Virus record (IMG/VR): IMGVR_UViG_3300032180_000016
Location: 1-42,688 of that record
DNA length: 42,688 bases
Strand: one strand, 5' to 3'
Origin: a virus
How positions within the stretch are numbered: position 1 is the stretch's first letter; each line of letters begins with the position of its first letter. A program made the position numbers and the translations under genes. Below are positions 26,223 to 34,105 of the stretch, in pieces. A model generated the notes under the pieces. That model was not told the DNA's origin, ran no database searches, and saw only the letters and a program-made list of their open reading frames with translations.

Positions 26223-26441
26223 TTGAAGCCGGGAGTGTGTGAATGTGAGCGCGACCGCTGCTGCCACGTCAACGGAGTAGGTCGCTGCAAAGTCGAATAC
26301 CCGCCGGAGAAAGATTGGCCTGAAGGGTCTATGTGCGCCTGTCAAAAGTTCATCCGCGACGATGATAACGATGGCGGAGAAGACCAACCAGAGCCAGTAG
26401 ACCCGGAAGTTGTCGAATTGAACAGGCTGAGCAAACTGTGA
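26223..26441 (+). CDS. Cys-rich acidic mini-protein
   Basis: 72 aa with CECERDRCC...C...CAC. The start is uncertain (TTG 26223 or GTG 26235). Confidence 0.5.
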   Translation: MKPGVCECERDRCCHVNGVGRCKVEYPPEKDWPEGSMCACQKFIRDDDNDGGEDQPEPVDPEVVELNRLSKL

Positions 26442-26641
26442 ACGACACCCGCATATGTCTGGATTGTTTCGTAGTCGGCCCAATGGATCAGCATGGGCGC
26501 TGCGGAACATGCGGATCGGATGCGGTAGCTCTGGCGGAACATCTGCAAGAGTTCTTTGCCCAGACGGATAAGTCAGTAGCTGAATGCGAGCGGATTTATG
26601 AAACGGAAGAACTAGGCAAGTGGATGCAGGAGCAAAAGTAG
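26438..26641 (+). CDS. Zinc-ribbon mini-protein
   Basis: 67 aa with CLDC...CGTC. GTGA overlap with the upstream gene. Confidence 0.6.
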   Translation: MNDTRICLDCFVVGPMDQHGRCGTCGSDAVALAEHLQEFFAQTDKSVAECERIYETEELGKWMQEQK

Positions 26642-27115
26642 ATGGCGATCAAAAATTACACGACAAGCGTTCCCGAAGGCAAGACGGTCGGGGAAATCAT
26701 GGGCCTGCTCGCCGGCAAGGGAGCGCGGACAATCCAGGTTCTCTATGACGAGCAGGGGCGACCGACTGGCGTTAGTTTCATGCTGATTTTGAACGAGATG
26801 CCGATTCCCTTCCGCCTGCCCTGCAACTTTGAAGGTGTGTTCAAGTCGCTCTGCAATGGCTACAAAGATCGCAACGCGCGAATCCGGTTTGAGCGTAACC
26901 CGGCGAATCGTGAGCAATCGCGGCGCGTGGCATGGCGCATCGTCAAGGATTGGGTAGCGGCGCAGATGGCTTTGATCGAAGCGGAACAGGCGACCATCGC
27001 CCAAGTATTCCTTCCCTACTGCGTGATGAACGGCCCGAACGGAACCGGAACAGCAATCACCATGTACGACCGATTCCTTGAGCAAGTATCCCAACAGAAA
27101 GCGCTGACGGCATGA
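26642..27115 (+). CDS. Conserved-looking hypothetical protein
   Basis: 157 aa starting directly after the upstream stop. No motif recognised. Confidence 0.65.
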   Translation: MAIKNYTTSVPEGKTVGEIMGLLAGKGARTIQVLYDEQGRPTGVSFMLILNEMPIPFRLPCNFEGVFKSLCNGYKDRNARIRFERNPANREQSRRVAWRIVKDWVAAQMALIEAEQATIAQVFLPYCVMNGPNGTGTAITMYDRFLEQVSQQKALTA

Positions 27116-27321
27116 GTTTGTTCTGCGTGAATTGCACTCACTCCATTCCGCCCCAGAGATTGAACCGCAAAGGCATGGCTAGATTCTGCTGCTCAGATTC
27201 GTGCTACGCGGCCCTACGGCGCTTCCTTAGAAGCTGGAAGCGTAAGACCCATCAGAACACATTCGGAGAGCAGGAAGCTACCTTGCGCAGTGCGCAAGTG
27301 GTATCGGAGCAATCAAACTGA
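27112..27321 (+). CDS. Zinc-finger mini-protein
   Basis: 69 aa with CVNC...CCSDSC. ATGA overlap with the upstream gene. Confidence 0.55.
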   Translation: MSLFCVNCTHSIPPQRLNRKGMARFCCSDSCYAALRRFLRSWKRKTHQNTFGEQEATLRSAQVVSEQSN

Positions 27322-27368
27322 CCGACATTCTCAACAAGCCAACCTGGATACCGTATTACATCCAGCGA

Positions 27369-28079
27369 ATGAAAGGATCGAAAGCCTATAAGACTTTGCC
27401 GGATTACGCCTTTGGATGGTACTCGAAACTTCTGATCGAGTTAGCAGATTCAGATACGCCGGGGTTTTTGCCGAACGAGGTTTCCGAACTGTGGAAATTG
27501 GCTGGAGCGCGAACAGAATGGTACTTCAGAAAGCATGGAGGCATGGAACTGTTGGACAGCCACTTTAATCGCACAGAGGACGGTCTTCGGATCTACAACG
27601 AGCGGATGCTGAAGGTGCTACACGAGCAGGGAGCGAAGGTCACGAAACGACGAAGGCGAAACGACTCTTCTCTTCTCTCTGCTTTACGAGAGGTTCCTGA
27701 TTGGGTTCCTGAGGAAGAGTTCCGTGAGTACCTCGATATGCGAAAGGAAATAGGCGAAGAAATAAAAACCGGGCGGGCGATAAAAATTGCGGTCACAAAA
27801 CTCGGGCGCTTAAAGGAGCAAGGCCATGAGCCGAAAGAAGTCTTGGATCAATCCATATTCAACAACTGGAAAGGTATCTGGCCCTTACACGAAAACGGGG
27901 CCAACGGAGAAACGGGCCGGCACAAAGAGCCTGGAGCGGCTCCGCAGCGAAGCCCGGAACAAGAGAATTGCCCAATCTGCGGAGGATCAGGATGGGATAC
28001 ACGCTCTGGAAAGGCTAAGCGGTGTGAGTGTCGTAAAGCTAACCAAAGCGGTGCCCAGAAAGCGGTTACGGCTGGATGA
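27369..28079 (+). CDS. Replication-organiser-like protein with a C-terminal zinc ribbon
   Basis: 236 aa. VPDWVPEEEFREYLDMRKE...LKEQGHEPKEVLDQSIFNNWKGIWP resembles C-terminal motifs of phage replication initiators from memory. It ends CPICGGSGW...RCEC. Confidence 0.55.
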   Translation: MKGSKAYKTLPDYAFGWYSKLLIELADSDTPGFLPNEVSELWKLAGARTEWYFRKHGGMELLDSHFNRTEDGLRIYNERMLKVLHEQGAKVTKRRRRNDSSLLSALREVPDWVPEEEFREYLDMRKEIGEEIKTGRAIKIAVTKLGRLKEQGHEPKEVLDQSIFNNWKGIWPLHENGANGETGRHKEPGAAPQRSPEQENCPICGGSGWDTRSGKAKRCECRKANQSGAQKAVTAG

Positions 28080-28185
28080 CAACGAGTACCTGCGAAAGCG
28101 CAATGCGGAACTGGAGAGGCAAAAGCAGGAATTACTTAATAGAGGCATCATCGGAAGCAAATCAAAAGTAGAGGAGAACCTGTAG
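27826..28185 (+). CDS. Possible overprinted basic protein (+1 frame over the 3' end of 27369..28079)
   Basis: 119 aa with its own AAGGAG 7 nt upstream of the ATG. The last 35 codons cover the otherwise non-coding 28080..28185 and read as a coiled coil. Confidence 0.25.
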   Translation: MSRKKSWINPYSTTGKVSGPYTKTGPTEKRAGTKSLERLRSEARNKRIAQSAEDQDGIHALERLSGVSVVKLTKAVPRKRLRLDDNEYLRKRNAELERQKQELLNRGIIGSKSKVEENL

Positions 28186-28258
28186 AAGCTAGTTGGGAAA
28201 ATTTATCCGATTCTTTGACAAACCGCTCGGCCAGCTACCGGGCGGCGCAATCATACAA

Positions 28259-28852
28259 ATGCTTATGAATAAAGAAGTTACATTTACGGTTCCGCTAACT
28301 CCACCAAACCCTAGCGGTTTGTGCATGTGCGGGTGTGGCGGGAAAGCGCCAATCGCTAAAATGACCAACCGGCGGCAGGGCTGTATCGCTGGGCATGCTC
28401 AAAAGTACATCATGGGCCACCAAGGCAAGTTAGCGCATCCGTACATCGTAAACGCTGCTACTGGGTGCTGGGAGTGGCAAGGCCACATAGATGCCAATGG
28501 CTATGGTCGGGCATCAGTAGGCCCGAGCCGATCGAAGCAAGCGCACATAGTGTATTACGAGCGCTACGTTGGTTCTATCCCGAAAGGGCTCGAGGTGGAT
28601 CACATATGCCGATGCCGAAGGTGTGTTAATCCGGCCCACCTCGAAGCCGTCACGCGCACCGAAAACATTCGTCGCCAGCCCCAAACCAAGCTCTCGCCAG
28701 AGGAGGTGGAGAAGATAAAGGCCGCGTTTGTAGGTAGCCCCTTCGGTGGTCGCCGCGGTGGAAATATCCGTGAGGTGGTCACCCGATTCAATATTAGCCG
28801 CTCGCAAATCTATCGCGTGGTAAAGGGGGAATCGTGGAAGAACAAAGCGTAA
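28259..28852 (+). CDS. HNH_3-type homing endonuclease with a C-terminal HTH
   Basis: HIDANGYGRAS...HIVYYERYVGSIPKGLEVDHICRCRRCVNPAHLEAVTRTENIRR plus the HTH FNISRSQIYRVVKGESW. The frame is open from TTG 28193, with ATGs at 28259 and 28265. Confidence 0.8.
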   Translation: MLMNKEVTFTVPLTPPNPSGLCMCGCGGKAPIAKMTNRRQGCIAGHAQKYIMGHQGKLAHPYIVNAATGCWEWQGHIDANGYGRASVGPSRSKQAHIVYYERYVGSIPKGLEVDHICRCRRCVNPAHLEAVTRTENIRRQPQTKLSPEEVEKIKAAFVGSPFGGRRGGNIREVVTRFNISRSQIYRVVKGESWKNKA

Positions 28853-29235
28853 GTTTCACCGTCCCACTTATACCCCCGAGTTGCAACCACTACGTCAAGC
28901 ACACGCGCAGCGGGAGGCATTATCTGACGCCAGAGGCCACAAAGTTCAAGGCGGACATGCAGCACTTCGTAGGATTCCAGCACGTTGTTGGAGAATATTT
29001 CACCGTTGAGGCAACAATCTACCTCGGAGCCAAACAGAAGGGCGATGTAGATGGATTCGCGAAAGTCCTGCTCGATGCGCTTGCCGATTTACGAGTATTC
29101 CGCACGGTCAAAAAGGGACTCGCTGTTGCCGTATCAGACGCGCATGTATTTGATCTGCATCTGCGGAAGCGGCGAGACGTGGCCAACCCGCGGACGGAAA
29201 TAACAGTGAGGGCAATAAAAAGGGGGACGTTTTAA
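28834..29235 (+). CDS. rusA: RusA-family Holliday junction resolvase
   Basis: 133 aa. FTVPLIPPSCNHYVKHTRSGRHYLTPEATKFK parallels E. coli RusA [30 protein letters not shown]. Downstream acidic residues (DVDGFAK..LDAL) are present. Confidence 0.8.
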   Translation: MEEQSVSFTVPLIPPSCNHYVKHTRSGRHYLTPEATKFKADMQHFVGFQHVVGEYFTVEATIYLGAKQKGDVDGFAKVLLDALADLRVFRTVKKGLAVAVSDAHVFDLHLRKRRDVANPRTEITVRAIKRGTF

Positions 29236-30074
29236 TGAGCACCCAAGAAACAAAGATTGAAGAGATGACGGATGACTTACTGCTGGCGAACTTTGCCCAT
29301 GCTTTCGGCGCAATCGGACGGCAAACAGAGGCCGACAAGCAGTTCTTACAATTCCGCGCCGAGCTTCTCTCGCGTCTCGAACGGGGGCGGGAGGGGCAGG
29401 AGCTTGGAGAATTAGAGGCGATTATTTCTCAGCTCCGCAGCCAATTAGACAACTGTCACGCAGCCCATCTTCGACTGGGTTCCGCCCCGTCAACATCGTC
29501 GGCAACATCTGAAGTCATCTACACAGGGTTAACCATTGACCGCGAATCGGTGCCAGGTTGGGCGGCTCGTTTAGCTGAAGACTTGTTCTACTGCACACGA
29601 GGCGACATTTACAAATATCTGCCGGACACTTCAGCGAAGAAGAGTTTCGCGGAAACCATTGCTAGGTCTCTTCACACCATCCTGAACCAAGCCACTATCT
29701 CTCCAAGGAATTGTAGGCATTGCGGAAAGTCGCAAGAAGAGCACGATCGGGCAGGAGGATGGTGCCTGGACAACAGTAAAAGGTTTTACGCCGCCCCGCC
29801 CCATCCCTCTGATGGATGGATTGCGGTGGGAGAGAGGCTGCCAGAAGCGATCTACGGAGATGGCGTCAAAGAGCCAGAGATTTCAGATGATGTGCTTGTG
29901 CATTTTCCGGGCGGCGACGGAAGCGTATACGAGATCGCCAATTACGACCACGAAACGACGAACTGGACGCTAGTAACGCACGGATTTCAGACCGCAGAAA
30001 TCGATCCGACCCACTGGCGTCCTCTCCCCGCTCCCCCGGCAACCCCAGAGACACAGCAAGCAAAGGAGAAGTGA
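29235..30074 (+). CDS. DUF551-domain protein
   Basis: 279 aa. The C-terminus GWIAVGERLPE...VLVHFPGG...THWRPLPAPP fits the DUF551 pattern. The N-terminus looks like a coiled coil. Confidence 0.7.
   Translation: MSTQETKIEEMTDDLLLANFAHAFGAIGRQTEADKQFLQFRAELLSRLERGREGQELGELEAIISQLRSQLDNCHAAHLRLGSAPSTSSATSEVIYTGLTIDRESVPGWAARLAEDLFYCTRGDIYKYLPDTSAKKSFAETIARSLHTILNQATISPRNCRHCGKSQEEHDRAGGWCLDNSKRFYAAPPHPSDGWIAVGERLPEAIYGDGVKEPEISDDVLVHFPGGDGSVYEIANYDHETTNWTLVTHGFQTAEIDPTHWRPLPAPPATPETQQAKEK
30041..30071 (+). repeat. Gene-junction motif copy A
   Basis: aaccccagagacacagcaagcaaaggagaag is 27/31 identical to copy B. It spans the last codons of gene 29235 and the RBS of gene 30075. Confidence 0.8.
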
Positions 30075-30275
30075 ATGAAGATCGAGACTTCTTATGACTA
30101 CCCGCCGATTCCGAATCGCAACTTCGATTGGTCGGCGATTGACGGTGACACCTATGATGGCGAGGGGTATCCAATCGGACATGGCGCGACAGAGCAGGCA
30201 GCAGTCGCCGATCTAATGGAGAAAATCCAACGACGAAATGAAAGCAAGAGAGACACAGCAGAGGAAGGATGGTGA
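30075..30275 (+). CDS. Hypothetical mini-protein
   Basis: 66 aa. Its ATG follows junction-motif copy A. Confidence 0.55.
   Translation: MKIETSYDYPPIPNRNFDWSAIDGDTYDGEGYPIGHGATEQAAVADLMEKIQRRNESKRDTAEEGW
30249..30269 (+). repeat. Gene-junction motif copy C
   Basis: agagacacagcagaggaagga is 21/21 identical to 30910..30930. Confidence 0.8.
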
Positions 30276-30278
30276 GTG

Positions 30279-30518
30279 ATGGCCGGGTCGATGCACTACA
30301 CAGAGGAACAAATGGCCTATTGCCAGCGTTACGCCTTGGCTCTGTACTCGCGCATTGAGAAAAGCTATACCTTTGCGATTTCCGGCGAGCGGCTGGTTGA
30401 CTACGAAATGTTCCAGCATTCTGAGCCATGCTATTCCAAGGCGATGTCGCGCTATTGGATGCGAGTTGAAGAACTTCGAGCCGCAGAAACCCACGAGACA
30501 CACAAGGAGAAACCATGA
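30279..30518 (+). CDS. Hypothetical mini-protein
   Basis: 79 aa from ATG 30279 (GTG 30276 is also possible). It follows junction-motif copy C. Confidence 0.55.
   Translation: MAGSMHYTEEQMAYCQRYALALYSRIEKSYTFAISGERLVDYEMFQHSEPCYSKAMSRYWMRVEELRAAETHETHKEKP
30488..30511 (+). repeat. Gene-junction motif copy D (diverged)
   Basis: aacccacgagacacacaaggagaa has the same aaccc..gagacaca..aaggagaa skeleton, just before ATG 30515. Confidence 0.6.
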
Positions 30519-30733
30519 ACAAGAAAGAGATCGAAGCGGTGGAAGAATTTATCAACACGCCAATTACGGCGGAGAACCTCGAACCGCTTAAGGCCGTGTT
30601 CCCTGAGCCGAGTGAGCCTACGATTTGCGGAGTGGGCGACTGTGAACTTCCAGCAATCGGGCAATGCTGCTGCGGAGTGGTCTACTGCTCGGTGACCTGT
30701 CAAGAACGGCATTTGGACGAAGCTCACGAATAG
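30515..30733 (+). CDS. Mini-protein with a MYND/HIT-like zinc finger
   Basis: 72 aa with CGVGDC...CCCGVVYCSVTCQERHLDEAH. Confidence 0.55.
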   Translation: MNKKEIEAVEEFINTPITAENLEPLKAVFPEPSEPTICGVGDCELPAIGQCCCGVVYCSVTCQERHLDEAHE

Positions 30734-30748
30734 GAGGAAGGAGAAGGC
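30734..30748 (+). repeat. Gene-junction motif, SD-half copy
   Basis: gaggaaggagaaggc is 15/15 identical to 30922..30936, just before ATG 30749. Confidence 0.7.
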
Positions 30749-30943
30749 ATGAAACGGCCTAAGTATGACGTAAACACTTTGATAGCGAAACGGGGGTGCT
30801 TTCTGTTGGGTGTTGAGGTTGGTGTGCGTCTCGCGGAGAAGGGCAACAATCTTCAAGCCTGCCTAGTGAAAGCCGCTGGTTATTACGACGGCACAGAGAA
30901 GCCAACCCCAGAGACACAGCAGAGGAAGGAGAAGGCCCGGTGA
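30749..30943 (+). CDS. Hypothetical mini-protein
   Basis: 64 aa. Preceded by AGGAGGAAGGAGAAGGC. The C-terminus is TPETQQRKEKAR. Confidence 0.55.
   Translation: MKRPKYDVNTLIAKRGCFLLGVEVGVRLAEKGNNLQACLVKAAGYYDGTEKPTPETQQRKEKAR
30904..30936 (+). repeat. Gene-junction motif copy B
   Basis: aaccccagagacacagcagaggaaggagaaggc spans the last codons of gene 30749 and the RBS of gene 30940. Confidence 0.8.
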
Positions 30944-31140
30944 CCACCAATGCTAAGTTTGTTCAGATTTGCTGCGGAGCGCGTCAGTACAACACTCAGT
31001 TTTACAATTCCACGGAACTGTTCGCTCTCGATGAGCGCGGGAGTGTATGGCATTACGAGTTCCATAACCAAGTCTGGGTGCCACTAAAGCGGACGCGGGG
31101 AGAAGTCCTTGAAATCCCTTCGCAGAAAGGTGGCAGCTAG
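30940..31140 (+). CDS. Hypothetical mini-protein
   Basis: 66 aa. GTG start in a GTGA overlap after junction-motif copy B. Confidence 0.5.
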   Translation: MTTNAKFVQICCGARQYNTQFYNSTELFALDERGSVWHYEFHNQVWVPLKRTRGEVLEIPSQKGGS

Positions 31141-31226
31141 AAGTCAGTAAGAGACTTATTTTCTACGCAGCTTGCTTGAAAAGAAAGTGATCAGGGGCCC
31201 TTGCCCGGAACAACTGAGCGTGAAAG

Positions 31227-31997
31227 GTGGAGAGAGTGTTGAAACCGTACTACCAAGACGACTGGGTAACACTCTACTGTGGTGATGCGCGGGAAGTGCT
31301 TCCGCAGCTCGAGCGTCCGCAGCCTGATACCTGCATTGTCGATCCAGTCTGGCCGAATAGCGTGTTCCCGAGCGTAAAAGACCCTTTCCTTCTATTCGCT
31401 GAGATTTGCGAGCATCTCGAGGTGGAGCGCCTTGTTGTGCATCTGGGCTGTACGTCCGACCCGCGTTTTCTATCGGCCGTCCCATCGCGCTATGAATATC
31501 TGCGGACCTGCTGGCTTCGTTACGCCCGTCCGTCATACCGCGGTCGAATCCTTGTCGGCTCCGATGTGGCCTACGCTTACGGAACCGCGCCACCATCCAG
31601 AGAAGGCAGACACGTCCTATCCGGCGAGTATGTAGCGCGAAACAACAGCAACAAGCTTCAGCACGTCGGACGCGGCGAAGGGCAGAGCGACCCCGAGGAT
31701 TACGAAGCATTGCCACATCCTGCTCCGCGACGGCTTGAGCACCTTCAATTCCTTGTGCGCGTGTTCGCTGACCAATCGGTAATAGACCCATGCTGCGGAA
31801 CAGGCACGACACTTGAGGCAGCGAAAATGGCTGGAGTTCCCGCGATAGGCATTGAGCTTGAGGAACCATACGCGGAGATCGCGGCCAAACGACTGAGCCA
31901 AGAGGTATTTGATTTCAGCACCCGCGCAGCAACCACGGTAAACACTGAAGGCGGGCAGGGACCCTCCGAGGCTCTGCCCACAAGCAATAACGTTTAG
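31227..31997 (+). CDS. DNA methyltransferase (N6_N4_Mtase family, beta-type motif order)
   Basis: 256 aa. VIDPCCGTGTTLEAAKMAGVPAIGIELEEPYAEIAAKRL is the AdoMet motif I region. The N-terminal CIVDPVWPN sits where DPPY/SPPY normally lies. Confidence 0.8.
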   Translation: MERVLKPYYQDDWVTLYCGDAREVLPQLERPQPDTCIVDPVWPNSVFPSVKDPFLLFAEICEHLEVERLVVHLGCTSDPRFLSAVPSRYEYLRTCWLRYARPSYRGRILVGSDVAYAYGTAPPSREGRHVLSGEYVARNNSNKLQHVGRGEGQSDPEDYEALPHPAPRRLEHLQFLVRVFADQSVIDPCCGTGTTLEAAKMAGVPAIGIELEEPYAEIAAKRLSQEVFDFSTRAATTVNTEGGQGPSEALPTSNNV

Positions 31998-32027
31998 AAG
32001 AAAAGCTTTTAAAGAAAGGGGGACTAC

Positions 32028-32255
32028 ATGAAAACTGAGCCGACCAGCGGGCGATTGTTTGTTTTGTTCGATGCTAGAGCTCGTTCGGGTGACACCGATG
32101 CCGCTGTTGTGCTGGATACAGCCGAGAGCGAACGGGAAGCGAGGAGCCGCCAAGGCGCTTGGCCCAAGGATTCTATTTGGTACGAATATAAACCGATTCC
32201 TGGCAAGAAAGATGAAGTGGAAGAAGTAGGAGCGCGTTATGACATCAAATGCTAA
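32028..32255 (+). CDS. Hypothetical mini-protein
   Basis: 75 aa. The RBS is AAAGGGGGACTAC. Confidence 0.55.
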   Translation: MKTEPTSGRLFVLFDARARSGDTDAAVVLDTAESEREARSRQGAWPKDSIWYEYKPIPGKKDEVEEVGARYDIKC

Positions 32256-32667
32256 GCCGACCAACCCCGTTCAACCAATCGTCTTGTCGCAGGGCGGAAA
32301 CTCTGGAGCGTCTGGCTTGGTATGGCCTGATGCTCTGAATCCGGGGCCGATGCGCAAACTGATCAAGCCCGAAGAGTGCCGCCATCTCACCATTTCCCCG
32401 ACGCTGATCTTCAAAGCGATTGACGTGTTGGATCACGCCGGATTCGTCTGCCAAGACTGCATGACGGAGTTTGTAATCAAGCCGAAACCGAGCGAGCCGG
32501 AGATTGGGGCGGCGGAGCTGGCGCGGAAGGCTTACTCGATTGATTATCCCGATGGCGATTGGGATGCCAATCAAGAGTTGTGGACGGCATTCGCTACTAC
32601 GTTTCTGCAAGCCCTTGCCGCACTAAAGTCCGAGTCCGGGGATCAGTCCAAGGAGGGGCGGAAATGA
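32239..32667 (+). CDS. Hypothetical protein
   Basis: 142 aa. It overlaps the upstream gene by 17 nt. Confidence 0.55.
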   Translation: MTSNAKPTNPVQPIVLSQGGNSGASGLVWPDALNPGPMRKLIKPEECRHLTISPTLIFKAIDVLDHAGFVCQDCMTEFVIKPKPSEPEIGAAELARKAYSIDYPDGDWDANQELWTAFATTFLQALAALKSESGDQSKEGRK

Positions 32668-33068
32668 GCAAAATAACAGTATGCGATATTTCAGGAATGG
32701 GCGGTCGTGAGTTTGGCGGCTACGAATGGGGCTGCCAAGTCATCTGCGCCCGAGCGCTCGCCTTCATGCAAAAATGCAAGACCGAGGGCGAGTTACCAAC
32801 CTATACCGAGTTCCAGAACATCATCGGCATAGCCTCACCCGATAATGCCAAGGCGCGAGAAATGGATGAGTTCATATCTGCCCATCCCAAGCTCCGCGAG
32901 TTCGGCATGACTGGCGCGATGCATCAGTTTGGCATCGGTCACGCCCGAAAAATCTTCGAACTTGGCCGAGATGAGTACCTGAAACAACTGCGCGAATACG
33001 GCAGAACGGATGACGATTTTTATGAGTTCGAGTACGAGGACGCGTTTCCGCAAGAGGTAAGCGCATGA
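32664..33068 (+). CDS. Hypothetical protein
   Basis: 134 aa from the ATG after AGGAGGGGCGGAA. ATGA overlap with the upstream gene. The 32559 start in the track is an extension. Confidence 0.6.
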   Translation: MSKITVCDISGMGGREFGGYEWGCQVICARALAFMQKCKTEGELPTYTEFQNIIGIASPDNAKAREMDEFISAHPKLREFGMTGAMHQFGIGHARKIFELGRDEYLKQLREYGRTDDDFYEFEYEDAFPQEVSA

Positions 33069-33328
33069 CCACCAACAAGCCCGAAGCTGCCGGGGCGGAC
33101 GATACTAAACGCGGCCTCTATGACAAATTCACTGTAACCCGCAACGACAACAAGGCGCGGCACAATGACTGCGAGTATTTCGTGCTGGATTGGCGGCATG
33201 ACAAGCATGCACTAGCGGCAATCGCGGCATACATCAAATCCTGCCGGAAGGAATACCCTGCACTCGCTGCCGACCTTCTCCGCAAGTTGGAGCACTACAA
33301 GACGTTGCGAGAGATGGAGGATAAATGA
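33065..33328 (+). CDS. Hypothetical protein (YFVLD...ALAAIAAY pattern)
   Basis: 87 aa with an ATGA overlap. Confidence 0.6.
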   Translation: MTTNKPEAAGADDTKRGLYDKFTVTRNDNKARHNDCEYFVLDWRHDKHALAAIAAYIKSCRKEYPALAADLLRKLEHYKTLREMEDK

Positions 33329-33762
33329 AACGGATCAAGCACAAGGAGACTTTCCCCGCAGATACTGCGGCTGATGGGTCGCCGGTCTATGATCGCAAAG
33401 CATTCGCGAAACCCGCCGAGCCAGCCACCCACCCCGCTCCCGAGTTGGATTTAAGTAGGGAGTATTTGGACAGCATCAGTAATAATCTGGCCAAAGCGCG
33501 GGAGGAGCGGGACATGGCAAAGGCCTGGGCAGACAAATGGGAAGGACTTTCAGAGGCGCAGGAGAAGACGATTGAGTGTTTGACCGCCCGCCTGAGTTCT
33601 CTGGAGGAGATGGTAGGGGACGATTTAGCGCCTGCGATCTGGAAAGCGGACGACGAATGGAATGCACTGATAGCGAAAGACCAGCTTGCCCCGGATGCGG
33701 ATTGGGCCGAGTGGATCGGCAATGCGATTTTGGAGCAACTAAGGCAGCGGAGGACGCCATGA
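33325..33762 (+). CDS. Coiled-coil hypothetical protein
   Basis: 145 aa with an ATGA overlap. Confidence 0.6.
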   Translation: MKRIKHKETFPADTAADGSPVYDRKAFAKPAEPATHPAPELDLSREYLDSISNNLAKAREERDMAKAWADKWEGLSEAQEKTIECLTARLSSLEEMVGDDLAPAIWKADDEWNALIAKDQLAPDADWAEWIGNAILEQLRQRRTP

Positions 33763-33935
33763 AAGTGTACGCCGAATCGGAGAACGGGAAAATCATCAAG
33801 CTAACGGTTCAAGCCGAGTACGTTACGCCGAACTACTTTCCCGGCACCAGCTTTTGGAAGCCCGAGGACATAGCAAAACTCGCTGAGCTATTCGGAGAAT
33901 TAGTCTGCCTCGAGAAACCAGCGGAGGGCCAGTGA
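33759..33935 (+). CDS. Hypothetical mini-protein
   Basis: 58 aa with an ATGA overlap. The 33576 start in the track is an out-of-context extension. Confidence 0.5.
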   Translation: MKVYAESENGKIIKLTVQAEYVTPNYFPGTSFWKPEDIAKLAELFGELVCLEKPAEGQ

Positions 33936-34105
33936 GCGCAGATCCCAAGCCATCCAGCCGGCAAGAGGCCGAAACCGAAAAGGTTCCGGTCATGGTCTAC
34001 ATGCCCCCAGACATCTACGAATACTGTGAGCAGAAGCGTAAGGACTCAGGATTGTCCAAGTCTGCCTTCATTGTCTGGATCATCCGGCAGGCGAAACGCA
34101 CCTGA
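33932..34105 (+). CDS. Second ribbon-helix-helix protein, last gene of the early operon
   Basis: 57 aa, below the track cutoff, with a GTGA overlap. VPVMVYMPPDIYEYCEQKRKDSGLSKSAFIVWIIRQAKR has a strand-helix-helix layout. Confidence 0.5.
   Translation: MSADPKPSSRQEAETEKVPVMVYMPPDIYEYCEQKRKDSGLSKSAFIVWIIRQAKRT

Noticed and set aside
33759-34105. RHH protein plus its upstream mini-ORF as a toxin-antitoxin pair
   Set aside because: The gene order (RHH last) and the sizes (58 + 57 aa) do not fit RHH-antitoxin/RelE-ParE-type pairs, and no toxin motif is seen. A regulator role is more plausible.
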